Virus record (IMG/VR): IMGVR_UViG_3300044971_000875
Coordinates: 1-57,683 of that record
DNA length: 57,683 bases
DNA from: a virus
Lineage: Duplodnaviria > Caudoviricetes
Reading direction: 5' to 3' (one strand)
Shown: positions 47,925-57,683 of the stretch, piece by piece
How positions within the stretch are numbered: the stretch's first letter is position 1
How the letters are laid out: every line of letters starts with the position of its first letter
Notes under the pieces: generated by a model
Told to the model about the DNA's origin: nothing
The model's input: only the letters and a program-made list of their open reading frames with translations
The model's database searches: none
Program-made: the position numbers and the translations under genes

Positions 47925-48560
47925 TTAAACTTCTTCCAAGGTTACCGATATGTTCCAAAGGTCATGATTTGTCGCTCCACGCTTTATCACGGAATAATTA
48001 AAATCTGCAAAGTAAACTTGAATAATTTGGTTATATCTATTCAAACCAGTATATTGATAATTTTCCCCATCTAAATTTGTATATTTATCATAAGCAAGGT
48101 ACATAAAAAATGGACCTTGATGTGTCTCATACCAATCAAGAAGTTCTACTCCACCTGCACCGCCATCTGCTGTGTACTCTGTTTTAGATCCTTCACTTGG
48201 AGATATGCCAGTTGATGTATTAAATGCTGGATCAGCACTATAGGCTCTTGATGGCAACATGTTCCAAGACACAGACATGGTTAGTTTGTCTGCAATATGA
48301 TATGAACGCATACGACCATTAATTGTTCTTTGGCGTTGCTCAATTCTTTGGGTATTAAATTGCATATCACCCCTATTGTGATCAGATAAAATAATAAACT
48401 GGTCTAACAGGCTTGGATTTGTTTCTCCCGTAGATGCTCCTACCTCTATCCCATTGGGCACGTATAGGCCATTAGAGAGGGTTCCAGGGTTGTTTGCCCA
48501 TAAGATACCCTGGGGTCTTGTATATCTACGTCTACCTGTTAGATAGGCACTAGTAGCCAT
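47925..48560 (-). CDS. Distal tail-like protein
   Basis: Follows TMP; R.INGRMR, W.ISVTLEEV. Confidence 0.7.
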   Translation of the reverse strand: MATSAYLTGRRRYTRPQGILWANNPGTLSNGLYVPNGIEVGASTGETNPSLLDQFIILSDHNRGDMQFNTQRIEQRQRTINGRMRSYHIADKLTMSVSWNMLPSRAYSADPAFNTSTGISPSEGSKTEYTADGGAGGVELLDWYETHQGPFFMYLAYDKYTNLDGENYQYTGLNRYNQIIQVYFADFNYSVIKRGATNHDLWNISVTLEEV

Positions 48561-51500
48561 TATATTCTTTGCCCCCGAATTCTTTGTGAATCAACATTTT
48601 TAATTTCTCTTATTACTGCCCTAGCAATATCATTTGGATTTGAGTTACTTCCGTTAATATTAAATCCCAGACTATAATTATACACTGCTGTAGAATTATC
48701 ATTCATTGATGTAGAAATACTATTAACTGGAACCTGGGCACTATTTCTATTGCCAATCATTGAAGGATATTTTGACTCATTCAACATTGATAGCAATGGG
48801 CCAAACTGCTGGGTTGCTTTTTTGTTCATTACAAACTCGCCAGGGGTGAGCATTGCTGGCACGGTATCAGAGCCAATTGATCCACCATTAGCCATATATT
48901 TAGGAACTAGTCCTCCCATAGCCATAGATAAAATTTTTCCACCATACATTTTCTTCTGTGCTCCAGTAAATGGATCAATGTTTGGATTTGCTTTAAAATA
49001 AGCATCGGCTTGGGCCTGTAATCTAACAGATGATGCGGCCAAGCCTGATGCTGGACCTGATGCTATTCCCCTATCTGTAAATTCTTTTGTTAAATCTTTT
49101 TGCATTTTATCATAGTCTGCAGGACCTGCAGTTTTTGCTGTAGGGCTAGGCACTGCTCCTGAAAGCGATGATGCAGCCTTCATTGAAGCAAGAATACTTG
49201 TCCACGCACCTGCTGCTGTGGTGGAAGAAGTGGCAACCTTGTCTATATCAATTACTATTTGATTCAGATGTTTATTTGTTGCATCTGTATATCTTTGTAT
49301 AAAGTCCCACTCAGCCCTTGTCATTCCATTAATTGTTAATGATTGTTGTTCTTTTGAAATTTGAAAATCAAGATCAGAAAGCAATTTCTTTTTTGCATCT
49401 GCTTGTTTTTGTAAAGGTTCAAGTTGTTTTAATTCAATATTATAAATTTCATCGTTTAAAGTAATAATTTTCGCATCAATTTGTTTTCTAGTTAACTTTT
49501 CACCATTAACAACAGCGGTGACTAAAGACAAATCTTTTTGTTTTTCTAGTTCTAAGTTGCTTGTTGCTTTTTCTAATCCTCCACCCATTCTATTAAGGGC
49601 TTCCTCTGCTGAACTTGCTCGCATTTCTTGTGCAATTGAAGCGGCTGCTGAAATATCTCCTTGAGTTAATGCGTTAGCAAGGCCAAGTTGTTTTTGTTGT
49701 TGTGAAATCAAAAATGAATTTATTGATTTTATTGATTCAAGAGCGTCTTTTTGTTTATTTAAAGATTCAATTTTTTTATCATAAGTTTCTGTAATAATAC
49801 TTTCTTGTTTACCGATTGAGTCAAGAGTGCGACTATAAGATTTAATTTTTAAGTTAATTCCATTAATCTCATCTTCAATTTTATTAATTGCTTGTTCGTC
49901 AATCATAATGCTTAATTCTATTGCTTCTGAAGACATACCATTTATCTTTTTAAATGAATCTTTTGCCTTTTTTTGAATTTCAATAAATTGATAATCAAAA
50001 TTTTCACTTAATGCTTCTGCTCCACCTTCTGATAATTCATCTGCTTCAAATTGAGTAGCCTTTAATGCTTTTTCAAATTCTTTTGTTGCAGCAGTAGCCT
50101 TTTTAGTTCTATCAATCATTTTTTCTAGATCTTTGCCATCCAGGTCTTTACTTACGATCGCTGCTGCTTGTGCTGCATCAGCAGTTAATTCTAGTGCAGT
50201 AGCGGCATCAACGCCTCTTGCTCTCAGCATTGATAGTGCTTTATTTTGAGTTGTTTGTTCTCTTGTAATCTGGTCCTGTTGTCTTAAATATATACCCGCC
50301 TGAACTGTTGGGAATAGTCGGTTTAATGATTTACCATAATCGTTTAGCACTAACTTGCCATTCTTTGCCTTACTTGTAATCTTATCAAAGAATTTTCCTG
50401 CTTCTTCTGCACCAAGTCCTTCGGCAAACTGAACTAAACTTTCGTTAGCACCCATACCTTGTAATTGATTTGTAGTTCCCTTAAATGCATTTATAGATTT
50501 TCCGCTACCCAGTTGTTTGACAAGTTCTTTCCAACCACCCAAAGCATTTACAGACTCTTTTCTAAATAATTTTAATTTTAATAATAAGTCGTCAAGCACT
50601 GTATCTCGTTTGCCAGGACCCTTATCTTCAACAACTCCTCCACCTGGTATTGCTCCTGGTAATATTCCACCCTTTGCTATAATTTCTGCTGCACTTTTGC
50701 CAGCAGCACCTTCAAAACCTTTAAAGTTTGGATCGTTAGATACAACATCAAAAGCAACCTTTAGGTTTTTATTTACAAAATCTTTTCCTTCAGACAAAAT
50801 TGTCCATTGATCATAAAAAGCCTTCCACTCTCCTGGTTTTTCTTCAGCAAGTTTTGCAACTACATCTTTAGTTAATGTGGGATCTAGCCCTTCAATTTGT
50901 TTTAATGCATTTGTAGCCGTTGCCAATTGCTGTATTCCATTGGCTTTAAGATCAAGAGTAATTCCATATGTAGGATTTATTTGATTTAAGAAACTTAATG
51001 CTTGCATATCTTTATCAAAATCTTCACTGTTGTTATTAATATATCCAAGCATAAGCGCTCTTGTTGTATCTGTTGCACCCTCAGATGGTAACAATTCTGC
51101 AATTAATGCAGCATCTGCAAGACCTTGCTTGTCAACTAAAAGACTAAATGCTGTTTCAAATCCTTTATTTCCTGCTGCAGTTGAAAGAATTTTTGTAATT
51201 ACTGCTGGTCCTACCTGCCCAGATGCAAGACCTACCTGCAACTCTGTTTTAAATTCTGAATCTTTTAAATTATTTAATGCGTCTAATGCTTGATCTTTAA
51301 AGACTGCCATTGGACCTTCTTTATACATCGCATCTGCTGCTGCCTTAATTCCTTTAGTAAACGCTTCTCCTCCTAGTTGATCTCTTTGTTTTACTAATAA
51401 ATTTAATGCATTTGCATTACTTGCATTTAATGTAGCAAGACCTGCTTTTCTTTGATCTTCAATTGTTTTTATTTCTTGTTCTGTTTTTGCAGACTTTAAC

Positions 51501-54500
51501 TTTAAATCATATTGTTTATTTAATGAATCTACAAGTCCTTGATTTTGTGCTACCTCTTGTATTCCAAGTTCAACTGCTGCTGCAGCAAGTTTAACATTTA
51601 CTGATTTTCTTTTATTAGCGTCTGCCTCTCCTCCAAGCATCAATCCCGCTCCAGTAGCGGCAAGGGCTGCACCTGGAACTGCAGCAGCGCCTGCGGTGAG
51701 AACGGCAGCGGCTGCTCCTGCTGCTATTAATCCAAAGCCAGCAACTCTTGCCAATACATTTGGACCAGTTGATTCACTAATAGCCCCATCTACTGCTGTT
51801 CTAAAAGAGTCAGCCTGTCTTTGCATAGAATCTTTTTGTATTTGCAATGTTACCTGTAATGGATCTGTTGCAAGGTTTTCGCCATTTGGACCAAGCAGAC
51901 TTACAAGTTTTCCACTTACTAGTGCTGGAATTTCATAACTTCCAAGTTTTTCTCCAAGTGCTGCAGAAATGCTTCTTGCTTGACTTGTTGTTACCGCTCC
52001 TTGTGCAACTGCAACTGCTAAATTATTAGCAAGGTTTTGAGATATTTCTTTAATTGATTTACCACTTTTAGATTGTTTTTCTATATCTGCAAGAATTCCT
52101 TTTCCAAACTCACTCTCTAATGTATTTTGTCCAAACTGTCTTTGTCCTTCAACTGTTCCAGAAACTATGTTTTTTCTTCTTCTTGCAGCCTCTTCACTTG
52201 CACTTACAGTTCCAGCAATAACAGATAAAGCAGTTAATTTTTCTGAAGTCATACTCATTGATTTAGCAAGATTAATTCCTTCTAGCCTTGCTTTTTCTAA
52301 ATCTTTACCCATTTTATATATTACTCCACCAACCAAAGCAAATCCAGCAACAACTGCTACCAAAGGATTAGCGAGTAGTGGAAGAATCATAGCAATACCC
52401 TGTAATCCAAAAACAAATGGCATTATAGTTTGAGCCATTTCTCCTAACTTGCCTCCAGCAAAAGATGCTGCAATTGTAAGTCCAGAGATAGCGCCAAGGC
52501 CCATAGTTGCTTTTGAACTAAAAGCAGTCAGACTTTGTTTTGCTGTTTTTGTTTGCTTTGTAAGATCATCTGTAGCCTGGGTTGATTGTTTTATTGATTC
52601 ATTTTGTTTTTTTATTTCTTGTTGCTGTTTAGCAATTAAACCTCTAGGACCCATTGCCAATTTAGATGTAGCCTCAGATAAAGGAACTCCTTTGCTGTCA
52701 ACCTTTTGAGCATCAGCAAAGCCACGTATTCTTCTAATTCTTTGAACTACAGTTTCTTTTGGACCAAGAGTTGTTGTTCTATTATCTGCAATATTTCTGC
52801 TTGTTGTTCCAACCGATGCTGGCTTTCTTTCAGTGTTTTGTCCAGTAAGTGCGGTTAATTTTCCACTGGAATCACGCTTAAACTCTCCTCTTGCTCTAAC
52901 GGCAACAGTTTCTTTTTGAGGTTGTTTACTAATTAATCTATCAAAGGTATCATTCATTGATTTAGTAATTTTAAGAACCTGTCGTCCACCACCTAGAAAT
53001 TCTCTTTGTGATCTAAACTTTCCATCAACTAATCCATTCATTACATTATTCCCTGTAACTTTTCCACCTGTTATTTCAGGTCTTCTATAAGCAACAATTT
53101 CACCTGCACTATTTAGGCTAGTTGGAATTTGAAGATTTGGATTAAGTTTTTTTAACTCATTTAATTTTTTAACCAATACTGGATTTGAACGAGTTTTTTG
53201 TACTGCCTTAATTACATCATCAATTGGCTTTAATTTATTTGTTGCAATTTTTGATCCGCCAACCGCACTTGTAGATGCTGCTCCAAGCAATGATCTTGCT
53301 GCTTTAGATATAATTGGATCTCCTGATTTTGCAAGCGCACCCATAATTCCAGTTCTTTCATTACCCATTCTAGAGTAAATCATTTTGTCATTAATTAAAG
53401 TACCAGATGGCAAACCACTTAAAGATTTTAATAAATTTCCTCTAATTTGTTGTGCAACTTTATATGCTTCTCTATCTGGAATTCCTCTTTTAGCCAGACT
53501 TAAAGTCATTGTTCTTAAAGAGTTGTTATTAAGAAGGGCTTTTCTATAATCATCAATGTTTACTCTTGAATTAGTTCTGTTTAATTGTGCATTCATTTCT
53601 TTAGGAATATCAAAGCCAACGGACGTATAAAGATTTTCTCTTCCAAAGCCAAGTTGTCTAAATTTATCTGATACGTTTGCTCCAGAAACTTGTCTATAAT
53701 CTACAGCATGTCCAAATGCCAAGCCTGGCTTTACTCCAGTTGTTCCACCATTATATTGTGCAATTTTTCCACTTACAAGTGCTGCAACTAATGGTTTAAA
53801 TCTATCGTCTTGTGCTATTGGCTCTGGAACTACTGCTTCTCCAGGAGTTAATAATGCTGGTACAGAATCTTTTCCTGATTCCCCGCCAACTACACCTGTA
53901 GTTCCAGAAGAAAACTTTTGCGTTCCTCCGCCTTTTATTCCTCTAAATCCTGGTAACATCATTCCTGGATTTGTTGCTGCAAACCTTGCTGCTGCTGCAG
54001 TTGCATCAATATATGCCTGACGAAGTAATTTCAGTGAACCTGCTTCCATTACAAACTGTTGTGTAAGTTGTGTATGTCTTTGATTTAGTGATGCTGCTAT
54101 TGTTGCAGCCTCTAATTGTTCTACTGATAAATAATTTGTTTGTTCTGCAAGGATTTTTGAATTACCGCCAAGCCTTAAAAATCCACTACGCATTACTGCA
54201 AATAATTTAATACCATTTGCAACAGCGTTTAATAATAAACCAAAAGTCATTAATAATACTGGGCCAATAACTCCAACCAGTGTAGTTGCTACTACTATAA
54301 ACTTCTTTGTGCCATCTCCAAGATTATTAAATTTATCTAATAAGCCAGCAATTGATTGAGCAATTGGAGTTACTGCTTCTAAAAATGTTTTACCAATTGG
54401 CGCAAGAGTTAACTTAAGATCTTCAATTGCTTTTTTAAATTTAGTTCCAACAGCATTCTCTAAAACTCCAAGTTCTCTTTCAGACATAATCGCAAGTTGT

Positions 54501-55927
54501 TCAACTGAGTTTGTTGTTAAAGCAAGTACCTTTGATGCCTGTGTTCCATCTTTTGTTACGTTTTGAAATAATGTTGATAAACGTGAAAATTGGAACTTGC
54601 CGAATAACTGTTCAATTGCACGAGCACGATTAAGTGGATCTAATGTATCCAAGGCTCTTGAAAAGTCAATAACTGTTTGTCTAATGTTTCCTTGGTTGCC
54701 TTCTACAATTGCATTAATATTAATACCAAACCCTGCAAGCATGGCGCTTGCTTTTTTTGTTGGATTAATTAATGATGCAAGACCAGATTTGAGTGCGTTG
54801 GCGCCTTCTGATGCATTGATACCGCCCTCTTTCATGGCAGTCAAGAAAAATGCTAAATCTTCAACATCTCCACCAAGTTGTTTAACAACTGGACCTGCTT
54901 TAGGAATTGCAATAGTTAAATCTTCAATAGATACAACTGTTTGGTTTTCAACTGCGTTAAGAAAGTCAATCTTTTTTGCTAAATCTTCTGCTGCTATTCC
55001 AAAAGCATTTGTTACTGATATTGTGGTTTCTAATGCTTGACTCTGTTCTACTCCACCAAGGACTGCAAGTCTTGTAGCCTGTGCAACTTGTGCAGTAAGT
55101 TCTGCTCCAGTTTTACCCATTGCCGCAGCATCTGCTGCCATCTTCATTGTATCTACAACTGCTACACCATACTTTGTAAATGACTCTGCAAGTTGTTTTA
55201 TATTTTCAAGAGCCTCATTTGTTTGTTCCGTTGTTGTAAAGACGTCTCCATAAACACGTTTAAATCTAATAGCCTGTTTTTCAAGATCCATAAATGTTCT
55301 GCCAGCCACAGTTCCTAAATAAACAAGTGGAATTGTAAAACCAACCATAAGTTGGCGACCTGCCCATTGTGTGTTTTTACCAAAGTTTAAAAGATTGGTA
55401 GATCCTTGTTTTAATAATTGATTAAATAGTGCTTGTTTTTGTGCTGCCATAGCAATTTGCGTGCCATAGTCTTTCATGTTTAGGCTAGTTGGAGTAACAG
55501 AGATAGCCTTCATTGCTCCGCTTGCATCACGGCCTAGTTTAATATATTGTGTTTGTAATTTTTTTACACGCTCTTGCGCTACCTTGCCAATTGTGTCAAA
55601 CTCTGTTTTAAATAATCTTCCAAATGTTTTTGTTGAACCGCCCGCAAAACGGAAGTATTCACGCATTGACAGTTTATTTTTTTCAAGAGAATGTGTAAAA
55701 GATTCTGTAGATGTTCTAACAACACCCATTTGTGCTGAAAATTTACCAGTAGCATTTATTGAATTCAGCAGATTCTGCTGCATATTTCTTTGTTGAGCAG
55801 CAGCAGAAGCACTACCCTTTGATACCGAAGTATGGAATAGTGCTAACTGTCGCTGTAAACCTTTAAGTTCCGCTAACGCCTGCGACGTATCAATTTGTAC
55901 GCCAATTTTGGCATTAACATCACTCAT
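48560..55927 (-). CDS. Tape measure protein
   Basis: 2455 aa; TP901-type core (GKNTQWAGRQL, N..ENQT, A.EG.NALKS), two LTPGE motifs. Confidence 0.95.
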   Translation of the reverse strand: MSDVNAKIGVQIDTSQALAELKGLQRQLALFHTSVSKGSASAAAQQRNMQQNLLNSINATGKFSAQMGVVRTSTESFTHSLEKNKLSMREYFRFAGGSTKTFGRLFKTEFDTIGKVAQERVKKLQTQYIKLGRDASGAMKAISVTPTSLNMKDYGTQIAMAAQKQALFNQLLKQGSTNLLNFGKNTQWAGRQLMVGFTIPLVYLGTVAGRTFMDLEKQAIRFKRVYGDVFTTTEQTNEALENIKQLAESFTKYGVAVVDTMKMAADAAAMGKTGAELTAQVAQATRLAVLGGVEQSQALETTISVTNAFGIAAEDLAKKIDFLNAVENQTVVSIEDLTIAIPKAGPVVKQLGGDVEDLAFFLTAMKEGGINASEGANALKSGLASLINPTKKASAMLAGFGININAIVEGNQGNIRQTVIDFSRALDTLDPLNRARAIEQLFGKFQFSRLSTLFQNVTKDGTQASKVLALTTNSVEQLAIMSERELGVLENAVGTKFKKAIEDLKLTLAPIGKTFLEAVTPIAQSIAGLLDKFNNLGDGTKKFIVVATTLVGVIGPVLLMTFGLLLNAVANGIKLFAVMRSGFLRLGGNSKILAEQTNYLSVEQLEAATIAASLNQRHTQLTQQFVMEAGSLKLLRQAYIDATAAAARFAATNPGMMLPGFRGIKGGGTQKFSSGTTGVVGGESGKDSVPALLTPGEAVVPEPIAQDDRFKPLVAALVSGKIAQYNGGTTGVKPGLAFGHAVDYRQVSGANVSDKFRQLGFGRENLYTSVGFDIPKEMNAQLNRTNSRVNIDDYRKALLNNNSLRTMTLSLAKRGIPDREAYKVAQQIRGNLLKSLSGLPSGTLINDKMIYSRMGNERTGIMGALAKSGDPIISKAARSLLGAASTSAVGGSKIATNKLKPIDDVIKAVQKTRSNPVLVKKLNELKKLNPNLQIPTSLNSAGEIVAYRRPEITGGKVTGNNVMNGLVDGKFRSQREFLGGGRQVLKITKSMNDTFDRLISKQPQKETVAVRARGEFKRDSSGKLTALTGQNTERKPASVGTTSRNIADNRTTTLGPKETVVQRIRRIRGFADAQKVDSKGVPLSEATSKLAMGPRGLIAKQQQEIKKQNESIKQSTQATDDLTKQTKTAKQSLTAFSSKATMGLGAISGLTIAASFAGGKLGEMAQTIMPFVFGLQGIAMILPLLANPLVAVVAGFALVGGVIYKMGKDLEKARLEGINLAKSMSMTSEKLTALSVIAGTVSASEEAARRRKNIVSGTVEGQRQFGQNTLESEFGKGILADIEKQSKSGKSIKEISQNLANNLAVAVAQGAVTTSQARSISAALGEKLGSYEIPALVSGKLVSLLGPNGENLATDPLQVTLQIQKDSMQRQADSFRTAVDGAISESTGPNVLARVAGFGLIAAGAAAAVLTAGAAAVPGAALAATGAGLMLGGEADANKRKSVNVKLAAAAVELGIQEVAQNQGLVDSLNKQYDLKLKSAKTEQEIKTIEDQRKAGLATLNASNANALNLLVKQRDQLGGEAFTKGIKAAADAMYKEGPMAVFKDQALDALNNLKDSEFKTELQVGLASGQVGPAVITKILSTAAGNKGFETAFSLLVDKQGLADAALIAELLPSEGATDTTRALMLGYINNNSEDFDKDMQALSFLNQINPTYGITLDLKANGIQQLATATNALKQIEGLDPTLTKDVVAKLAEEKPGEWKAFYDQWTILSEGKDFVNKNLKVAFDVVSNDPNFKGFEGAAGKSAAEIIAKGGILPGAIPGGGVVEDKGPGKRDTVLDDLLLKLKLFRKESVNALGGWKELVKQLGSGKSINAFKGTTNQLQGMGANESLVQFAEGLGAEEAGKFFDKITSKAKNGKLVLNDYGKSLNRLFPTVQAGIYLRQQDQITREQTTQNKALSMLRARGVDAATALELTADAAQAAAIVSKDLDGKDLEKMIDRTKKATAATKEFEKALKATQFEADELSEGGAEALSENFDYQFIEIQKKAKDSFKKINGMSSEAIELSIMIDEQAINKIEDEINGINLKIKSYSRTLDSIGKQESIITETYDKKIESLNKQKDALESIKSINSFLISQQQKQLGLANALTQGDISAAASIAQEMRASSAEEALNRMGGGLEKATSNLELEKQKDLSLVTAVVNGEKLTRKQIDAKIITLNDEIYNIELKQLEPLQKQADAKKKLLSDLDFQISKEQQSLTINGMTRAEWDFIQRYTDATNKHLNQIVIDIDKVATSSTTAAGAWTSILASMKAASSLSGAVPSPTAKTAGPADYDKMQKDLTKEFTDRGIASGPASGLAASSVRLQAQADAYFKANPNIDPFTGAQKKMYGGKILSMAMGGLVPKYMANGGSIGSDTVPAMLTPGEFVMNKKATQQFGPLLSMLNESKYPSMIGNRNSAQVPVNSISTSMNDNSTAVYNYSLGFNINGSNSNPNDIARAVIREIKNVDSQRIRGQRI

Positions 55928-55943
55928 TCTTTCACCTCATTAT

Positions 55944-56276
55944 TTAATTGTTTGCAAGAACTGTGTTCAAGAGTGCATTTGCATCTTGAAGTTTTACCCC
56001 TGAAGCAGATTCAATAATTCTGTAAACAGTTGGAAGATCAATATTTTCTTCTAACTTTTTAGCATCTTCTGCAATTTCTGGCTTATATTGCTTCATAGCA
56101 ATTTGAACACACTCAATAAGGACAGTTGTTGACTTGTCATTATCCTCTGCCACCTCTGCTAGTTCTGAAAACTTTTTCATAAATGGACGAAGTAATGAGA
56201 TTTTAAGCGGTCTTGCTTTAATCTTGCTTCCGTCCAAAAGAACTAGTTCTACCTCTTCATACGTGTTTGTTGCCAT
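55944..56276 (-). CDS. Tail assembly chaperone, G-like short form
   Basis: Directly upstream of TMP; L.DG...PLKI..LR.FM, D.PT.Y.I....G. Confidence 0.8.
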   Translation of the reverse strand: MATNTYEEVELVLLDGSKIKARPLKISLLRPFMKKFSELAEVAEDNDKSTTVLIECVQIAMKQYKPEIAEDAKKLEENIDLPTVYRIIESASGVKLQDANALLNTVLANN

Positions 56277-56283
56277 TGATTTT

Positions 56284-56312
56284 TCCTCCTATAGGCTATG
56301 TCAATTATAGCA
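56284..56312 (-). promoter_or_regulatory. Extended -10 promoter and strong SD for short chaperone/TMP
   Basis: TGCTATAAT...AGGAGG. Confidence 0.75.
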
Positions 56313-56337
56313 TGATGATGATTATTTTTTTATTATT

Positions 56338-57033
56338 TTATTTTGTTAAATCTTCGTAATCTAAACCATGACCAATGCCAAACCCTGCTTTTTGGGCACT
56401 ATGTCCTTGAAGAGCCAAAATGTCTTTGCCATCGCCTGTCTTGCCTTTGCTAAATACTCTGGCCTTCATATCTTCCCACTCTTTTTGTCCCCTATCATTA
56501 CCTGATTGCTTATCTAAATCTACCCCCTGAATTGCAGCAAGAAATTTTTTTTCTTCATAGTCAAGTTCTCTACGACTAGAAAGGGTGGCCATTAATTCTG
56601 GCATAGATAGCGATTCTTCTAATTCTTTGTAATCTTTCCAAATGCCCAATAAAAATACTTCTGCTTCTATTTTTGCTAAATCTAACTCAGACCAAGTAGC
56701 ATTACTGTCTTTTGCTTGATCTTTTACTGTTTCTTGAGATTCTTTGTTTATTTTAATTCCCGCTGCAACATCTAATATTGAATATATAGTTGGCATGTCT
56801 AGGCTATCTTCTATGTCCTCTTTGTTTAGTGCTACATCTGGATAATATTGTTTCATACAAATTCTAATGCACTCTGTTATACATTCTATGGCTTCGTCAT
56901 CATTTTTGGCTTTTTTGACATACTCAAATGCTTCCATAAACTCACGTAAATGTTTTATTTTTAATGGATTTATTTCTAACTCTGTGCCATCAATAAGTTT
57001 TATTACTTTATTTTGATAAACGGTTGTTGCCAT
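56338..57033 (-). CDS. Tail assembly chaperone, GT-like long form (in-frame)
   Basis: N-half homologous to 55944-56276; C-half W..LDLA..E.E.FL.G.WK.Y.ELE..LS.PEL. Confidence 0.8.
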   Translation of the reverse strand: MATTVYQNKVIKLIDGTELEINPLKIKHLREFMEAFEYVKKAKNDDEAIECITECIRICMKQYYPDVALNKEDIEDSLDMPTIYSILDVAAGIKINKESQETVKDQAKDSNATWSELDLAKIEAEVFLLGIWKDYKELEESLSMPELMATLSSRRELDYEEKKFLAAIQGVDLDKQSGNDRGQKEWEDMKARVFSKGKTGDGKDILALQGHSAQKAGFGIGHGLDYEDLTK

Positions 57034-57053
57034 AATTTCTATTCTATCATAGG

Positions 57054-57094
57054 CAAAACAAAAAACCCACCTAATTAAAGGTGGGCTTTTGTTT
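57054..57094 (-). terminator. Rho-independent terminator after major tail gene
   Basis: cccacct-aattaa-aggtggg with T-run on the minus strand. Confidence 0.85.
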
Positions 57095-57108
57095 AATCTA
57101 AGTTTAGA

Positions 57109-57683
57109 TTATGATTGTCCATAGGTACGATCAATGATCTTACCGTAAGAACCTGATGTATCTTCAGGAAGAAGACGGAATGAAACTTCAAACATTGACG
57201 GCTCATCACGCTTTGCTGACACAGTTACGTTCTCAATTGATAGAGCACGATATGCTGCATAGATGCGTTCTTTGTCCGCAAAAGTGGCTGGGTCACCAGA
57301 TCCTGGACCAACAGCAACGATTCCTCGTTCTACTGGAACATCTCCGATATCTCCTGCACTTAAGTTAAGTGTTTGACCTGTTGATGCGTTTTTATTTCCT
57401 GTTATTTTATCATCAGAGTATGCTAGTGCTACAAGCAAGTTTTCTAGGGTTGCTTCAGCAAAAGCGGTAGCAAGATTTACTTGCATACCTTGCTTGTATA
57501 GTCTTGCAACGTCAAGAATTTGATCTACCTGAACTTCACCGAAGTCTGGTTGGAATTGTAATTCTAAACCATTCATGGTGTAACCCACGTTGGTATAAGT
57601 AGCGGCTGATGTAAGTGTTTCCTTGTAAGACTCACTTGAATCAATCACTGCTGATGACGCTAAAGTTGCTGGAGTCAAAGTTG
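57109..57683 (-). CDS. Major tail (tube) protein, 5'-truncated by window
   Basis: VGYT.NGL...QPDFGEV.VDQ.LD, T..AEATLENL, F.V.FRLLP; upstream of chaperones and TMP. Confidence 0.88.
   Translation of the reverse strand, partial: TLTPATLASSAVIDSSESYKETLTSAATYTNVGYTMNGLELQFQPDFGEVQVDQILDVARLYKQGMQVNLATAFAEATLENLLVALAYSDDKITGNKNASTGQTLNLSAGDIGDVPVERGIVAVGPGSGDPATFADKERIYAAYRALSIENVTVSAKRDEPSMFEVSFRLLPEDTSGSYGKIIDRTYGQS

Noticed and set aside
48750-55796. Multiple plus-strand ORFs within the tape measure gene
   Set aside because: Antisense shadow frames without expression signals or motifs
56640-56780. Slippery site in tail chaperone
   Set aside because: The long ORF reads through in frame, so no frameshift is needed to make GT; a shift producing a truncated form cannot be excluded by eye
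1-57683. Integrase, transposase, reverse transcriptase/DGR or stop-codon reassignment
   Set aside because: No such ORFs or template repeats noticed; genes are full-length and tightly packed in the standard code

Overview
A low-GC fragment of a large lytic tailed dsDNA phage (siphovirus-type). Its gene content and order resemble the Streptomyces BE/BK-type phages. WhiB, XapX, an MSMEG_6728-family gene, many leaderless promoters and a host-like surface protein point to an actinobacterial host, probably a low-GC freshwater lineage (inference). Bases 1-8933 are a plus-strand arm of small early-type genes, a candidate ncRNA and a glycan-synthesis operon. Everything from 8917 onward is on the minus strand. 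In transcription order it runs: major tail protein, two tail chaperone paralogs, a 2455-aa tape measure, minor tail genes, replication/recombination genes (DnaB, primase, SSB, DnaE, RecA, two resolvases, Cas4-like nuclease), a flavin halogenase, terminase, two large secreted surface proteins, lysis genes, three tRNAs, Hsp20 and other accessory genes. The most notable observations are: (1) the tail chaperones G and GT appear to be separate duplicated genes with their own expression signals instead of one frameshifted gene; (2) a covarying pseudoknot occurs twice; (3) a ROSE-like thermometer precedes hsp20; (4) a possible host-surface remodelling system (S-layer-like protein, PA14 lectin stalk, glycosylation operon). 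All product calls come from motif recognition by eye; no database searches were run.
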